Below are positions 41,774 to 55,618 of a stretch of 64,000 bases of DNA, piece after piece. The notes beneath the pieces are model-generated. The model made no database searches. It saw only the letters and a program-made list of their open reading frames with translations, and was not told where the DNA came from. The position numbers and the translations under genes are program-made. The stretch covers positions 558,001 to 622,000 of the forward strand of contig NC_043005.1 in assembly GCF_006345805.1 (NCBI RefSeq), read 5' to 3'. Numbering within the stretch: the first letter of the stretch is position 1; every line of letters starts with the position of its first letter. Source of the stretch: Octopus sinensis (taxonomy: Eukaryota).

Positions 41774-44700
41774 ACAGGTATGGGAAGACATCTCAATCGC
41801 CAACCTGAGGAGAATACTAACGAAGGCTCATAAGTGGAAATCCCCTGGTATTGATAGAGTACCAAATTTCTGGCTCTCATCACTCTCGTCCGCACACAAA
41901 ATGTTAGTAATTTCTCTATATATAAACGGCAAAATGTCTGTGTGTGTGTCCTTTATACAGATCCACAATTTTTCAGTTAGTGGGTTCGCACTTTCTATGA
42001 TCATTTCAAACCGTCCAAGGGTAGTCGTGCACATCTTTACATTTCCCAGTCACCCCGCAAAGCCATTAAAAAATTAATAGAAGTGCCTTTTTTGTGAATT
42101 TTCTATCCAAAACCCAATCAAAATGCCCGAAACTTGATACACCAATTGAATGCCAGCTAGCTATATGTGATTGGTCGGAGATTTGGACAGTACTCGCGTG
42201 TACGTGCGCACACACGCAGCTGCATATGCATGCACTAGCACTATATAATAGTATTATGAAAGACCCGGAAAAAACACCCCATTGGATGGCAAATGGTATT
42301 ATTTACCTCCTCCGCAAAAATAAGAAAACGAAAGACCCAAAAAACTACCGGCCTATATGTTTATCTACTCCCTATAAGATTTTGACAGCTATTCTAGTAG
42401 AGAAAACATATACGTTTATGGAAGAGAATAACCTCTTCTCCACTGAACAAAAAGGATGCAGACGAGGCTCATACGGATGCAAAGATCAGCTCCTAATTAA
42501 TCGCATGATCCTTGAGAACTGCCATAACAAGCGCAGAAAGCTCAGCTCTTCATGGATTGATTATAAAAAAGCCTTTGACAGCATACCACATTCGTGGATT
42601 CTGAAATCGCTGGACATTTTCAAAATTTCTCCTGTGATGTCAAATTTTTTAAAGTATAATATGTCACAATGGAAGACGAAGCTCCAATTATATCATTCTA
42701 ATGGAGTATTGCATTCAAACAATATTAGCATAAACTGTGACAGTGTTCCACCGGGCAGGCTCACAGATACTGGTCCGACTCCAGCCTGTCGTTACCCAGC
42801 AATGGACCAGCACACATGACATAGACGGAACACAGAAATCAATGCTGTTGTCATGGAGTATTACTACCTGAGCAACCCTGTAGACGAAAAAGGGGTTCAT
42901 ATAGGGGATAGCGACAGAATATGCATGATCAACTCACGGAACAGAGATTATGTGATCAAGCTAGAGCAATGAGAAAAAAATCGTTGGTTCACAAAAGTAG
43001 AACTCGAAGCTATCAAAAGACAGTTATTGGAAAACAGCAGCAGAGGAAACGATGAAAATACAGTTCCTACAGATAAAAGTAATCTCATAGCAGAAAACAG
43101 TGTTGAAATCTCTAATAAACCACAGTAAAAGAACAGTGATAGCTTGCTCGATGAGAGACATATAGATGGTTTAGGAGAAGACAATAAAACTAATGGTGAC
43201 ATTACAGATGGGCCTTCGACAGAATAAAGGCAAGGCTACAGGAGATTCATAGCGACATTATTTGCAAACTTAAAAAGGCTGATCGATGGAAATTGAACCA
43301 AGAAACGAAAAATGTCAATTAAATTCTGAAATACATCAGAACAAACAACATCACAGAAACAAATAATTTGATCAAAGCAGCAAGTATTGTTGTAGCAGAA
43401 AATGTGGTGTCGATGTCAAGAAAAAGAAGCATAATGGGAGTGACAAAAGAAAAGATCTATTGTGGAAAAGAAGAACATGAGTGGGGTTAGATATGTTCAT
43501 GAAGGAAATTTCTGAGTTAGGCTGAAATGAGAAGGGGGAAATTAAAAGCGAACAAAAATACAGGGCGCTGAAAAGGAAGTATAATATTGAAAGAAAGGGC
43601 CTGAAAGTGGTAATGGAGGAACTGAAACAGCGCTTCGTTGCAAAGAAAGCAAAGATGGTAAGATACGACTAAAGAATGAAGGGTTACCAGCAGAATAGTT
43701 TATTCAGAGTAGATCAGAAGAGATTCTATAAAGAAATAAATGGAGGATGTACAGATGAAAATTTGATACCAGATAACATTGAAAGTCAAAGGTTTTGGAA
43801 TGACATCTGGAGCAAAGACAAGGAGCACAAGAAGGATGCTGAATGGTTGCAAGAACTGAAACAAACAGTAGCCTGTCCAAAACAGGCAGAAATATTTATT
43901 TCAGTTAAGGAAGTGAAGAAATCAGCAAAAAAAAAAAAAAATGAGCAACTGGAAGGCCCCGGGACCAGATGGAGTTCAAGGCTACTGGAGCAAAAGATTT
44001 GGTGAATGTCGTGCATGAATAGCTGCGCAACTCAACACTTTGTTAAATGCCGACCAAGCAAAACCAGAGTGGGTGGGACATTGGGTAGGACTGTGCTGTG
44101 CCTGAAAAACATCGGAAAAGGCAATACGGTAGACAATTACAGGCCGATATCCTGTTTGCCACTTACGTGGAAATTGTTGGTTGGAATAGTCGCAGAGTCA
44201 ATGTACGGACATCTGGCAAAAAATAGAGTCCTGCCACAAGAGCAGAAGGGGTGCAAGCGTAAGTGCCAGAGGAAGACAAAACTGTACTTAGAGACTGCAA
44301 GAGGAGGAAAACTAACTTAGCAATGTCACGGATCGATTATCGTAAGGCGTACGATATGATCCCACATTCTTGTAGCAGGAGTAATCGCATGGACACTTTG
44401 CAACAAGTATGAACTTGACAGAGCAAAAAAGTGGTACGAACATAAACCCAAAGGCACCATCGAAAATGATAATGCAAAGATCCTATATGATTTTATGATT
44501 CAGTTCGACTAGGAGATAGAGAATAGGAAGCCGGACATAGTCTTAATTGAGAAAAAAGCAAACGATGCTGGATGATACATATAGCATGCCCAGCTAACAA
44601 CAAAGTATGTGATAAGGAAGAGAGAAAAGTCGAGAGATATGACAGGTTAGCTTGGGAAGTTAAGCGGTTGTGATGGCTGAATAAGGTGGTAGTAGTACCA

Positions 44701-47403
44701 ATAATTGTTGGAGCCCTGGGAACAGTGAGTAAAAATCTCGAGAAGTACGTGGAACAAATAGGGGCTGCAATAAGTGTGGAGACTTGCAGAAAACAGCACT
44801 GCTTGGAACCGCTCCAATACTCCGGAAGGTGCTCGAAAAATAAGAAGTGTTCATTATCATCATTGTTCGACCGTAGTCGAGACAATGGAATTTACCATGC
44901 TACGCCAGACTTCACGGTCCATCATAGCATTACGGAGGTCCTGTTGCTGGATGCCTGTATCCCTGGAGATTACATCAGGGTAGGAGAGTGTGCGCCCTCT
45001 GGTATTGCGAGTAGTTGGCTTCCAGAGGAGAAGAGTAGAAATTACTTCTTTTTCAGCTCTACCACAATGTCCAGCAAACTGGACTCTCCTACCTTTCACA
45101 AGAGATGATACAGGTGGTAGTTTCCCATATATTTGCATTTTGGTTGGATGGCGCTTCCACGAGAGATTTTGAGCTCTCATAAGGAGGCGAGTGTAGGTTC
45201 CATCCAACCGCCTCTCAAGCTTCTTTGATAACGTCCAGGTTTCTGAGCCATATAGTAGAATTGGTTCGACTGTGGCTTTGAAGATTTCAAGTTTGAAGTC
45301 TCTACTTAGATTTGATGACCAGATCTTATGCATGTCATTACAGGCTGACCAGGCCATACCCTTTCTAGTTAGAAAGTCTTTTCCAGATGATGATATGTAT
45401 GACCCAAGATATTTATAATCAGAAACCATATTTAAAGGCGCACTGTTGAGAGTGTGGATGATGCAATCACTGTTGGACAGGCACTTGTTTATGTATTCAG
45501 TTTTGGCCTCATTGAGGTAAAGACCTACACAATTTGAGGCTTGTTCAAGAGATTGCAAAAGAGACTGGGCATTGGAGAGAGAATCACTGATAAGAGCGAT
45601 GTCGTCAGCAAAGTCAGTGTCTGTCAAGTACTCAGCTGGGTGTCTGGAACTTCTTCTTGGTATTATTTCAAAGCCCTTGCCAGAGATGGTATCAAGTGAC
45701 ATACGTAGCACATAATCAACAACAATGATGAAAAGAAATGGGGCGAGTGTGTCTCCCTGCAGTATTCCGGCTTTGATTGAGAAAGATGATGTTTCTCCAT
45801 CAGGGGTTAAGATGGTTGAAGACGTATCTGTGTAGAGGACCTTGATGGCAGAAATAATTTTGTCTGGTATCCCATAGAGCTTAAGGATTTCAAACATCTT
45901 GTACCTATCTACAGAATCGAACGCTTTAGAAAAGTCTACAAATACCATTGCAAGATCGCGATTAAATGCTTTTGATTCTTCAATAAGTCTGCGCAGGCAT
46001 AGTATCTGGCTCAGCGTTGAGCGCCCATGTCTGAATCCATTTTGGTTCTTTCGGAGCAAAGGTTCAACAAAAAGGACAAGACGATTTAGGATCAGTTTGT
46101 TGTACAGTTTTGCAGCAATTGACATTAGAGATATGCCCCTGTAGTTGGTGACGAGGGACAAATCGCCTTTTTTGGGTATTGGAATGATTTGAGATTGGTG
46201 CCAAATCTTTGAAGCGACAAAGGTGGAAAGTGTGTGGTTGCAGAGGTTGAGCAAAAGTGTGTGAAATCTATCATCCTTCCAAATTACAGCTGGGATGTTG
46301 TCGGGACCAAATGCTTTCGAGGCTTTTAGTTGCTTGGTGGCTGCTGTTAGTTCAAATATGGTAAAAGGGGAGGTGTTGATGTCCAGTGTGTCTGATATAG
46401 GCACACTTGGAAGAGTGGGGTTATCAGGGATTTTGGCATTCTTCCCAAGGAGGTTTTTAAAATGGGTTGACCAATTTTCTAAACGCTTCTTAGCTGATCC
46501 CCCTTTAATTCTAATTGGTGACCCAGAATTTTTGCCTGATAGGTCTTTGATGGATTTCCAGGCGAGATGGTGTTTTTTACTAATGTGCTCTTTCGATAGT
46601 TTACTAATTTTGCCATTAATAAATTCGACCTCGGCGTTCAAGTAAGCCTCATCAAGATTCTTCCTGGCAGCTATGAGTTGGATCTTTAGTGACTGGGATG
46701 GAGAACGATGGTAAGCTAGTGATATAGACTTTAGATGGTTTCTGGCTTCGATGACATTTGGGGAATTAGAAGGTTTGCTCTGGCCCCTACTCTTCCTTTT
46801 GGGAAGAGTAGCCAGTGCAACTTCCTCTGTTGATTTGATGAGGCTGCTGTATACTTCCTCAATGTTCTCAGCATCTATTTCAGAAGTAGACAGAGATTGA
46901 AATGTGTTATAGACCTCAATAGTAAATTGTTTGGACATATCGGGGTTAGATAAGACTTCCTCCCAGTCGATCATTTTGATCGGGTGAGGCTTAGTTTTTT
47001 TGGATGAGCGAAGACTAAGCTTAACGGTAGCTGATACAATTCTGTGGTCAGAGCCGACAGAACTAAAGGAAGAGTAGGATCTCGAGTCCTTAACGCTATT
47101 GCGCCATTTCTTTCGAAAGATGAGGTAGTCAATTTGTGCCCTATCACCAAGTGGGGACTCAAAGAGGTGTTACCTTAGTTCACTGGTAGTGAACAGCTGA
47201 CGCTGTAGTACATCTTCAGTGCTAGAAGCTGTGCAAAGACAATAAAATAATAATAATAACAATCCTTTCTACTGGAAGCCCAAGGCCTTAGAGTTGGGAG
47301 AAGGGACTAAGTCGATTACATCGACCCTAGTGCATAACTGGTAATTATTTAATCGAATCCGAAAGGATGAAAGGCAAAGTCGACCCCAGCGAAATTTGAA
47401 CTC

Positions 47404-47455
<52 letters not shown>

Positions 47456-50400
47456 AATAATAATAATAATACCCAAGTGCACAACAGATTGATGATAATT
47501 GGCATCAGCCATATTGTACCACATTTTAGCAAGAGTCCAAACGCCTTCATCGTCTGTTGGAAGAAAGACCTAAAAGAAAGTGGTAAATGTCAATATTTCA
47601 TAAGTAAATATTTGAACATCGAAATGAAATTAACTGGAAGACACAGACATATAGACAACCAGATCAACGCATACGCATAGATATCCAGCATGGTTGCATA
47701 GACATGCAAATCTCATGGGAAGTTGATTTCCTCAAAGAATTGTAACATACATAGGATATAGGGAGAAGTAAGAAGAAAAATAAGCGAAAATGCACATTGG
47801 AACTCAAAAAAAGTAAAGGCTTTTTATGAAAAGTAACGATAGATATATACAATTAGATGAACTGAGGTAGAAATAAAAGTAATGAAAGTCATTATTGTGA
47901 ATTGTTAAAGAGATTCAAAAGCATACCGGTTTCGTAAAATTATTAATCATTGCTTTGAATGCACACCGATCACTGCACGGTGTCAGGTCTACTAGTCCCT
48001 GAGTAAAAAGATGTGTAAGGGAGATAAATAGTTCTGGATTTGGTGCAATTAGGGTAGAAATATATCTTTAATGTGAATGGTATATGGGATGTATGGGGAT
48101 TAGTGGTATTAATTGAAAGGTTAGTAATGTTCTGTATTATGTTATGTATTCATATTGAGTTGTGGAATATATTTATTAATGAAAGTTGGCTCTTTATTCA
48201 TTCTTTGTTGTACTGAGGTATTCTGTGAACATTGATAGAAGGGGAAAATTAGGATTAAGATTCCTAGCACACCTTTCTATGTGTTCCCTAACCTGTATCT
48301 GTCTGTATTGTGTGTGTCGGATTTGTTCTTTGTCTTAGTGACATTCCTGTTTGCCCAATATATTGATTACCGCACCCTAAGCGTGTAATGGCATAGATTA
48401 GGTTTTCCGAAGCACAGGTAAAGTTTGACTTTATCTTAAATATTTCACCTTGTTTAAAGTGGAACTCTGTACCCGCCAAAAGGTGGGGGCATGTGCCACG
48501 GTTAGATCGTCCGCATTTTTTCACGTTTAGTTCCTTTGTTAATAGATATAGTCTTGTGTTGGTTAATATTATTTTTAATGATTTCGGTTGCATTTTGCTC
48601 TTGATAATTTTGTGTGAGCCTAAAATTTTGTTCATTGTTTTATCTCCTGTGAGAATGGATAGATTTTGTATGATGATGTTGAAGGCCTCATTGTTTCTAT
48701 GGTTGTGTGTGAAGAAGTATGGGAGTATTTTAAAGTCTGGTTTGGTATTTCGGTTGACTTCCCTTAATGTTCGTATGTCTATTTCCTTTTCTCGTTTAAT
48801 CCCATCATTTATTAATGATGCTGGGTAATGTCTCTTGATTAGTATTGATCTGAGTTCAAGGAGTCTTCGTTCACGAGTATAGGTGTCCGAAACTATAGTA
48901 CAGATTATTTTCGCTAGATTATAAGTATATTAATTTTTATGTGTTTGGGATGGCATGAGTTGAATAATAGGCATTGTTTAGAATCTGTGGGTTCATAGAA
49001 GATGTCTGTTTCGATATGGTTATTAACTATTTTAATTAGGATGTCAAGAAAAGGAAGTTGTTTATTGCTGTGGTCCATGCTGAATTGTATGTTGCTATTG
49101 ATATCGTTGTGCATTATTTTGAAATCGAGGAGTTTGTCAATGCTATCTTTCCAAAGTATAAAGCAATCATCTAAATAACTCTTCCAGTGATGCCCTGGAT
49201 TTGTAGACTTCGAATCTGCTTTCTCCTTTCTTAATTTCTCAAGACTGGTACGTAGGCAGTGTATTACATATCCCAGTTACCCAATAATTACATGTATAAA
49301 CCTATTATGTCGCACGTTCGGATGACCTCTAATCAACTCAACTCTCGACGTCTAGACTTCTCCCTCTATATCTACATATTGGGCTAGCTTACTTCATCGT
49401 CTGGGGGCGTCCACACAACACCTCCCTCTTTTCAGTTTTTTAAACCCGAATTTATCAATTTTATTTCCTCGGTGAGAATCTGGCATATCTTGTTCTCTTA
49501 GCGTTAATTTCCATCATTTCTGTAGGTTTTCTCTCCCTATCCTTTTTCGAACCAAAAATAGACAATAACGGTCGGTGATCCGTTTGCAGTGTAAACTTCT
49601 TCCCATGTAAGAATTTATGGAAATTTATTACTGCGAAGATTAATGATAACGCCTCTTTTTCAATCTGGCTGTAGTTTCCTTCTGCTGGTAATAGAACTCT
49701 CGATGCATGTGCAATAGCTTTGATTTTACCATCATTAAATTTATGCAATATCACAGCTCCTACACCATATTCATAGGCATCCGATGCCACAATTATTTTC
49801 AGATTTGGGTCGAAATCAGTTAATGATAACTCTGATGTTAACCGCTTTTTAATTCCTCGAATGATTTCTGACATTCGTTTGTCCAACTCCATTTCGAGTC
49901 CTTCTTTAGCAACTTATTCAACGGAACTCTTAGCTCATACATTTTAGGTATGCACAACTGGTAATAACTTACCAAACCTAAAAATGATTGTAGTGTTGTT
50001 TTGTTATTGGGAGCAGGCATTTTTTTATCGCGTCGATCCTAGAAGGGTCCGGTTTTCGCCCGTTTTCATCGATCACCTGTCATAAGTACTTTATTTTTAT
50101 CAAGAAAAATTCCCATTTATCCTCCCTTACTTTGAACCCGTAATCACACATTCGTTTGGAAACCTCTTCTATATATTCAATATGTTGGTCCCTTGATTCA
50201 CTTTTGATCAATATGTCATCCAAGCATGGGACCGCGAACTCACAATCTGCTAGCATAGTATCCATCACTCACTGAAACATTGCTGGTGCGACCTTTACCC
50301 CAAATGGCAGTCTTTTGAGACGGTACAGACCTTTATGAGTATTGATTGTTAATACTTCAGCACGTTCTTCATCTACCAGTAATTGGAGGTAGGCCTCTGA

Positions 50401-53400
50401 CAAATCCAGCTTGGAAAAAATTTTCCCACCATTGCACTTAGCAAATATTTCTTCTGGGTTTGGAAGCGGATAATTGTAATTTATTAAACAATCATTAAGG
50501 CCAGTTGAGAAGTCCGCACATACTCTTACTCGTTCTTCTTTTTTATATATAGAGTAGGAGCCGCCCACTCAGAGTAGTCTACTTTTTCAATCATTTCCAT
50601 GTCTTCCAATCTTTTTAATTCCTTCTCAACTTGATTTAACGCCGCAAAAGGTTCATTCCTTTTCGGTTTGAACATCGGCACCGCATTTTCTTTCAACTCA
50701 AAAACATTACTTTAATTTTTTTACACGTACCGAGCTCTTTCGAAAAAATATCAGGGTACATCTTTTTCAATTTTAATTTCATTTTTTCCGATGCTTTCTC
50801 TGACACAGACTGTGATGCCTTCACCTTGTTACATGATGTATTTAGTGATAGATCCTACAGGTCGAATCCATCCTTCCATTAAATCTGTCCCGAACAGATT
50901 CATTGTATTCTTAGTTTACACTTCCGCGTCCTATTTTTAAGTTTTATTTCTGGTGAAATTTCGCTCAAGAATTGAACTCGTTCCGCTGACACACCGTAGA
51001 GTATCCTAGTAGTTTTTTTATACAACGGTCTGCCTATCTTACTCCATGTTGCCGTATTTATTATCGATGCGTCTGAACCGGTATCTAATTGCATTTTGGT
51101 CTGAAACCCATTTATTTCTACCAACACAAATTTTCGGTTTTGTCTGGTATAATTTGCTTTTGTTGAATAGACTTTCTTCTGTTTTACCATTTTCTTTGAC
51201 CGGCATTTCGTCTGTATATGTCCAATTTTACCACACTTAAAATAGGTTTTATCTTTTAAGGGGCAATCTTTCCTCAAATGGCGATCTCCGCAATCATACC
51301 ACCGTTTTGAATTAAAATTTTTCCTTCTTTCTGTACTTTCTTTACACATTTGTACATTATTATTCCTGTCTTCTATCTTTCTTGTATCATCTCGAAGGTT
51401 TATTATTTGTTGGCATTCCTCAACCACTTTCTGCAAAGTGAGTTTCACATCTTGATTCAACTGTGTGGTTACTCTTCTCAGTCCCAAATCACTATGTCAG
51501 TTCTATTATGTTTATTGAGGTTTTCACTGGGATATCCCACCAGTGTTCCTTTTTATTATGAGTGGCTATGGCTTCTACCATACTGTGTGTTCTTATTTAT
51601 TTGACCTCAGAATTATCCTTTCGAGTGATCTCCTTATGCAGTGTCCTGGCTGCAACATTATGTCTCATCGGTACATAATACCATGATGACATTTTCGGAC
51701 AACTGCTTATGAAGAGAAGAGAATAGGAAACTGTTAATGAATCATTGTTACGAAAGTATCAAAAGTATCTCAGGCAGCCAAGAACCCTGATGACAAAGTA
51801 AAACTACAAAATGACGTGTGTGCAATATAAAAATGGGTTGATGAAAATAACATGCAGTTCAATGCTGATAAGTTTCAAGAACTCCACCATCGGCCCACAA
51901 ACAGACAACTATAGAAATACATATGACTAGAGGCTAGAGTAATCCCAGAATTAGAATTGGGGTGTGACCTGGGAATGCACATGAGTAGTGATGCAACATT
52001 CCATGTGTATATTACCAGGATGGCAAAACTGTGCAGGCGAGTAACTGGACGGGTCCTTAGATCATTCAAAACCACAAATGAAGATACCTAGCTACTCCTA
52101 TGGAGGACATTTGTCCTCAGTCTTCTGGATTACTGCCCCCCACTGTGGGCACCGCAGAGCATAATATATTAGTGACGGAACTTGAAGCAATCCAGCACCA
52201 CTACACAAAGAACATTGACTCGTGAAACAGATGAGCTGCTACTGGGAAAGGCTACAAGAAGGGAAACTGGAGAGAAGGCGAGGAAGGTATGCAGTGATAT
52301 GGAAGATCCTGGAAGGTCTAGCTTCCAACTATTAAATACTATACCTATTTCTTTACTACCCACAAGGGGCTAAAGACAGAGAGGACAAACAAGGAGAGAC
52401 AAACGGATTAAGTCGATTATATCGACTTCAGTGCGTAACTGGTACTTAATTTATCGACCGCGAAAGGATGAAAGGCAAAGTCAACATCGGCTGAATTTGA
52501 ACTCAGGACGTAACGGCAGACGAAATACCGCTAAGCATTTCGCCCGGCGTGCTAACGGTTCTGCCAGCTCGCCGCCTTATCTATTAAATACTATACCAAC
52601 CACCGAAATAGACGGCATTGCTTAGTACCAAAGATACCGTTTTCTTCATCTCAGATAAGGACTCAGTATTGCAACAGCTTAGGCTGTTTAACACCTTCCC
52701 AAGGAACCTTAGAGATCTGCAAGGGTTAGATGGGAAAACGTTCAGAAAGCACCTGAACAAATTTCTATCTGAACCCCCAGATGAGCCCACATGGTGACAG
52801 GATGCACAAAGAAGAGCAGCTTCGTCTAACTCGCTTCTTCACCAAAAATAGTACCAAAAGGAGACCCCAAAACATTGAATGGCGGTGCTCCAGCATGGTT
52901 CCAGCTTCTGGCTGAAACCAGTAAAAGAATAAAAGTGATACAGAGAATATTAATGTACAGTATTGAGAGTGACACTGTCGTTTGACGTTTAAAGATGTTT
53001 CATAGCATTAGCTAATATGTAGGTGAGGATTAAGACTGCTGAGAGCAACAAATATTTAGTGAATAAACACTTAAGCTTTAATCCATTCAATGAGGGGATG
53101 GTAGCACAAGCTTACATTGTTTCAACAGATCTACCGAAATAGTGATAAATATGGAAAATCTCTGCTCTGACAGTTAGGTATCAACTGGCTTGTTGAGGTT
53201 GTTGAGACTGAGAATTTTAAACAAAACCGAAAGACTCTCAAACTAAAATATACACAAAAGCAATTGTTAAACAAAACTAATAAAATTATTCTAGAAACAC
53301 TTACAGGATTTTCTTGTCTTTTGTCTTGCTGCAGTTGTATTGCAATTGGTGTCAAATCGTCGTTTGAATTCAGCATAAATAATGCAATGGGAGCACACAT

Positions 53401-55569
53401 CTGAAATATATATACATGCATATACATACATATGCATACATAACCAGAAAGCAGAAAGCTGATTCGAAGACTACAGATCCAATCCATCACTGGAACTGTA
53501 AACATCTGTAAAACTTTCAAGAAGTTTATCATTTAAATATATATGAGCATATATATGCATGAGAATACGTACATAAAACAAAATACACAGATCTTCACAT
53601 GTACATACAAACAAAAATACCCAGTTGATGGGTAAATACCCACCATCTGTCCGTGGCCGTTTGCCAGCCCCGTCTGGGACCTGTGCAGGTGGCACGTAAA
53701 AAGCACCCACTACACTCACGGAGTGGTTGGCGTTAGGAAGGGCATCCAGCCGTAGAAACACTGCCAGATCAGACTGGGCCTGATGCAGCCTTCTGGCTTC
53801 CCAGACCCCAGTTGAACCGTCCAACCCATGCTAGCATGGGAAGCGGACGCTAAATGATGATGATGATGATGTTGAAATTCCAATGAAGGTGTCTTGGATC
53901 TGGGTTAGAAACCAGCTCTTTCTCTATTGCCAAGAAATCTTGAAATATTATCTACATACACACACTCACACACACACACATGTTAATGTTTTTACTTGTT
54001 TTAGTCATTAGACTGCGGCCATGCTGGGGCACCACTTTGGAGAATTTTTAGTCGAATGAATCGACACCAGAACTTGTTTTAAAGCCTGGTATTTATTCTA
54101 TCAGTCAGTTTTACTTAACCGCTAAGTTACAGGGATACAAACACACCAACATCGATTTTCAAGCAGTTGCGGGGGACAAACACAGTCACAAAGACACACA
54201 CACTTGCATATAAGACGAGCTTCTTTCAGTTTCCATCTCTCATCTCCGCACAGAAAACTCTGGTTAGCCAGAGGCTATAATAGAAGACACTTGCCCAAGG
54301 TGCCATGGCGCCACACTGTAGGACTGAACCTAGAGCCATCTGACTGGGAACGACTACTACTGTTATGCTTGGCACTCCACGTAGATTACCATAATCCACT
54401 TTACTTCCTGTATAGTCATTAAGTAACTTCTATACCGGGTACTATTACTAGTTATGACCTACAGGGCAAATGTAGATGAAATAAGGATAAACACAAGTTT
54501 ATATTAGGGTTCCTCTTCGCGTTTGACCATTATGGTTGATTGAAACCCAGAAGTAAATGTTCCAAATGCTTTTTAAATGACCAGCCACAACAAATTACCA
54601 GGGACCGTTTTACTGTATTTAGTTAGAGATAACTATGTGAAAAGTTGGAAAGATGACGAGGCATTTTATACTCGTTTTGGAATACAATGGGATGAGAAGG
54701 AAGTGTACAAGGTACAGCAGAAAATGGGTGAGAGATAGAAAAAATAACTAGAGTAATAAAAACAGAAAAAAGAAAAGAAAGGAAAAACAGAAGGAAATAA
54801 AGAAAGAAGTAAAGAGGAAATTAGGAAGAGAGAAAAAGGAAAGAGAGAGAGAGAGAAAAGTAAGAAGAGAATGATTTGCACAGTTGAAGCAGAAATGAAT
54901 AAAATATAAGGTATATAATATATATAAAAAACGAAAACATAAAATATAAATTTACGGAGATGTACTTGCATAGCAAGTGACCTGATCTGAGAGTGTGTGC
55001 TGAAATAAAAATAATTGCAGAGTGGAAGGCGTTTATGAGCCATTTAAAAACACACAAAAACCGTTAGATTCACTTCAACATTTAAATTTAATTTGTCAAA
55101 ATATTTTTGTCGCTTTGAGACCGCGTCCTATTCACTGACAAAATCCCGTGATGCAGCACGAAAATATTTTGACAAATTAAATTTAAATATTGAAGTGAAT
55201 CCAACGAATTTTGTGTGTTTTTTAATGGCTTATAAACACCTCCCACACTGTAATTGATTAAATATATTAAATAAATTAATGGAGAAATAGATAAAGATAG
55301 TTAAGAGAGAAAGGAGACAGAGACGAATGTAGAGTGAAGGTGAGGGCAGGCGAAAGATGGGGTAGAGGGGAGTGAAAGATAAATGAAAGGGAGTCAACTA
55401 TCTGTGAGTCATTAGTACTTAGGCTGAGGATGAATAGAAACATGAATCCACAAACGATAAGAATTCAAAGGCTATTTTTAGAACGATGCATATTTTTTCA
55501 TAGCTGGGTAGATATATTATGTGCAAGTATGCTTGTGTGCATATGCATCTTTGTATCTAAGTGTATGTG

Positions 55570-55618
<49 letters not shown>

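Larger units (their letters stand above)
39110..44850 (+). mobile_element. Second pile-up of decayed R4/Dong elements (about 39110-41100, 41270-41450, 41530-41610, 41770-42730, 42730-44850)
   Basis: [45 protein letters not shown]; (TAA)n or (GAT)n at several junctions. Confidence 0.85.
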
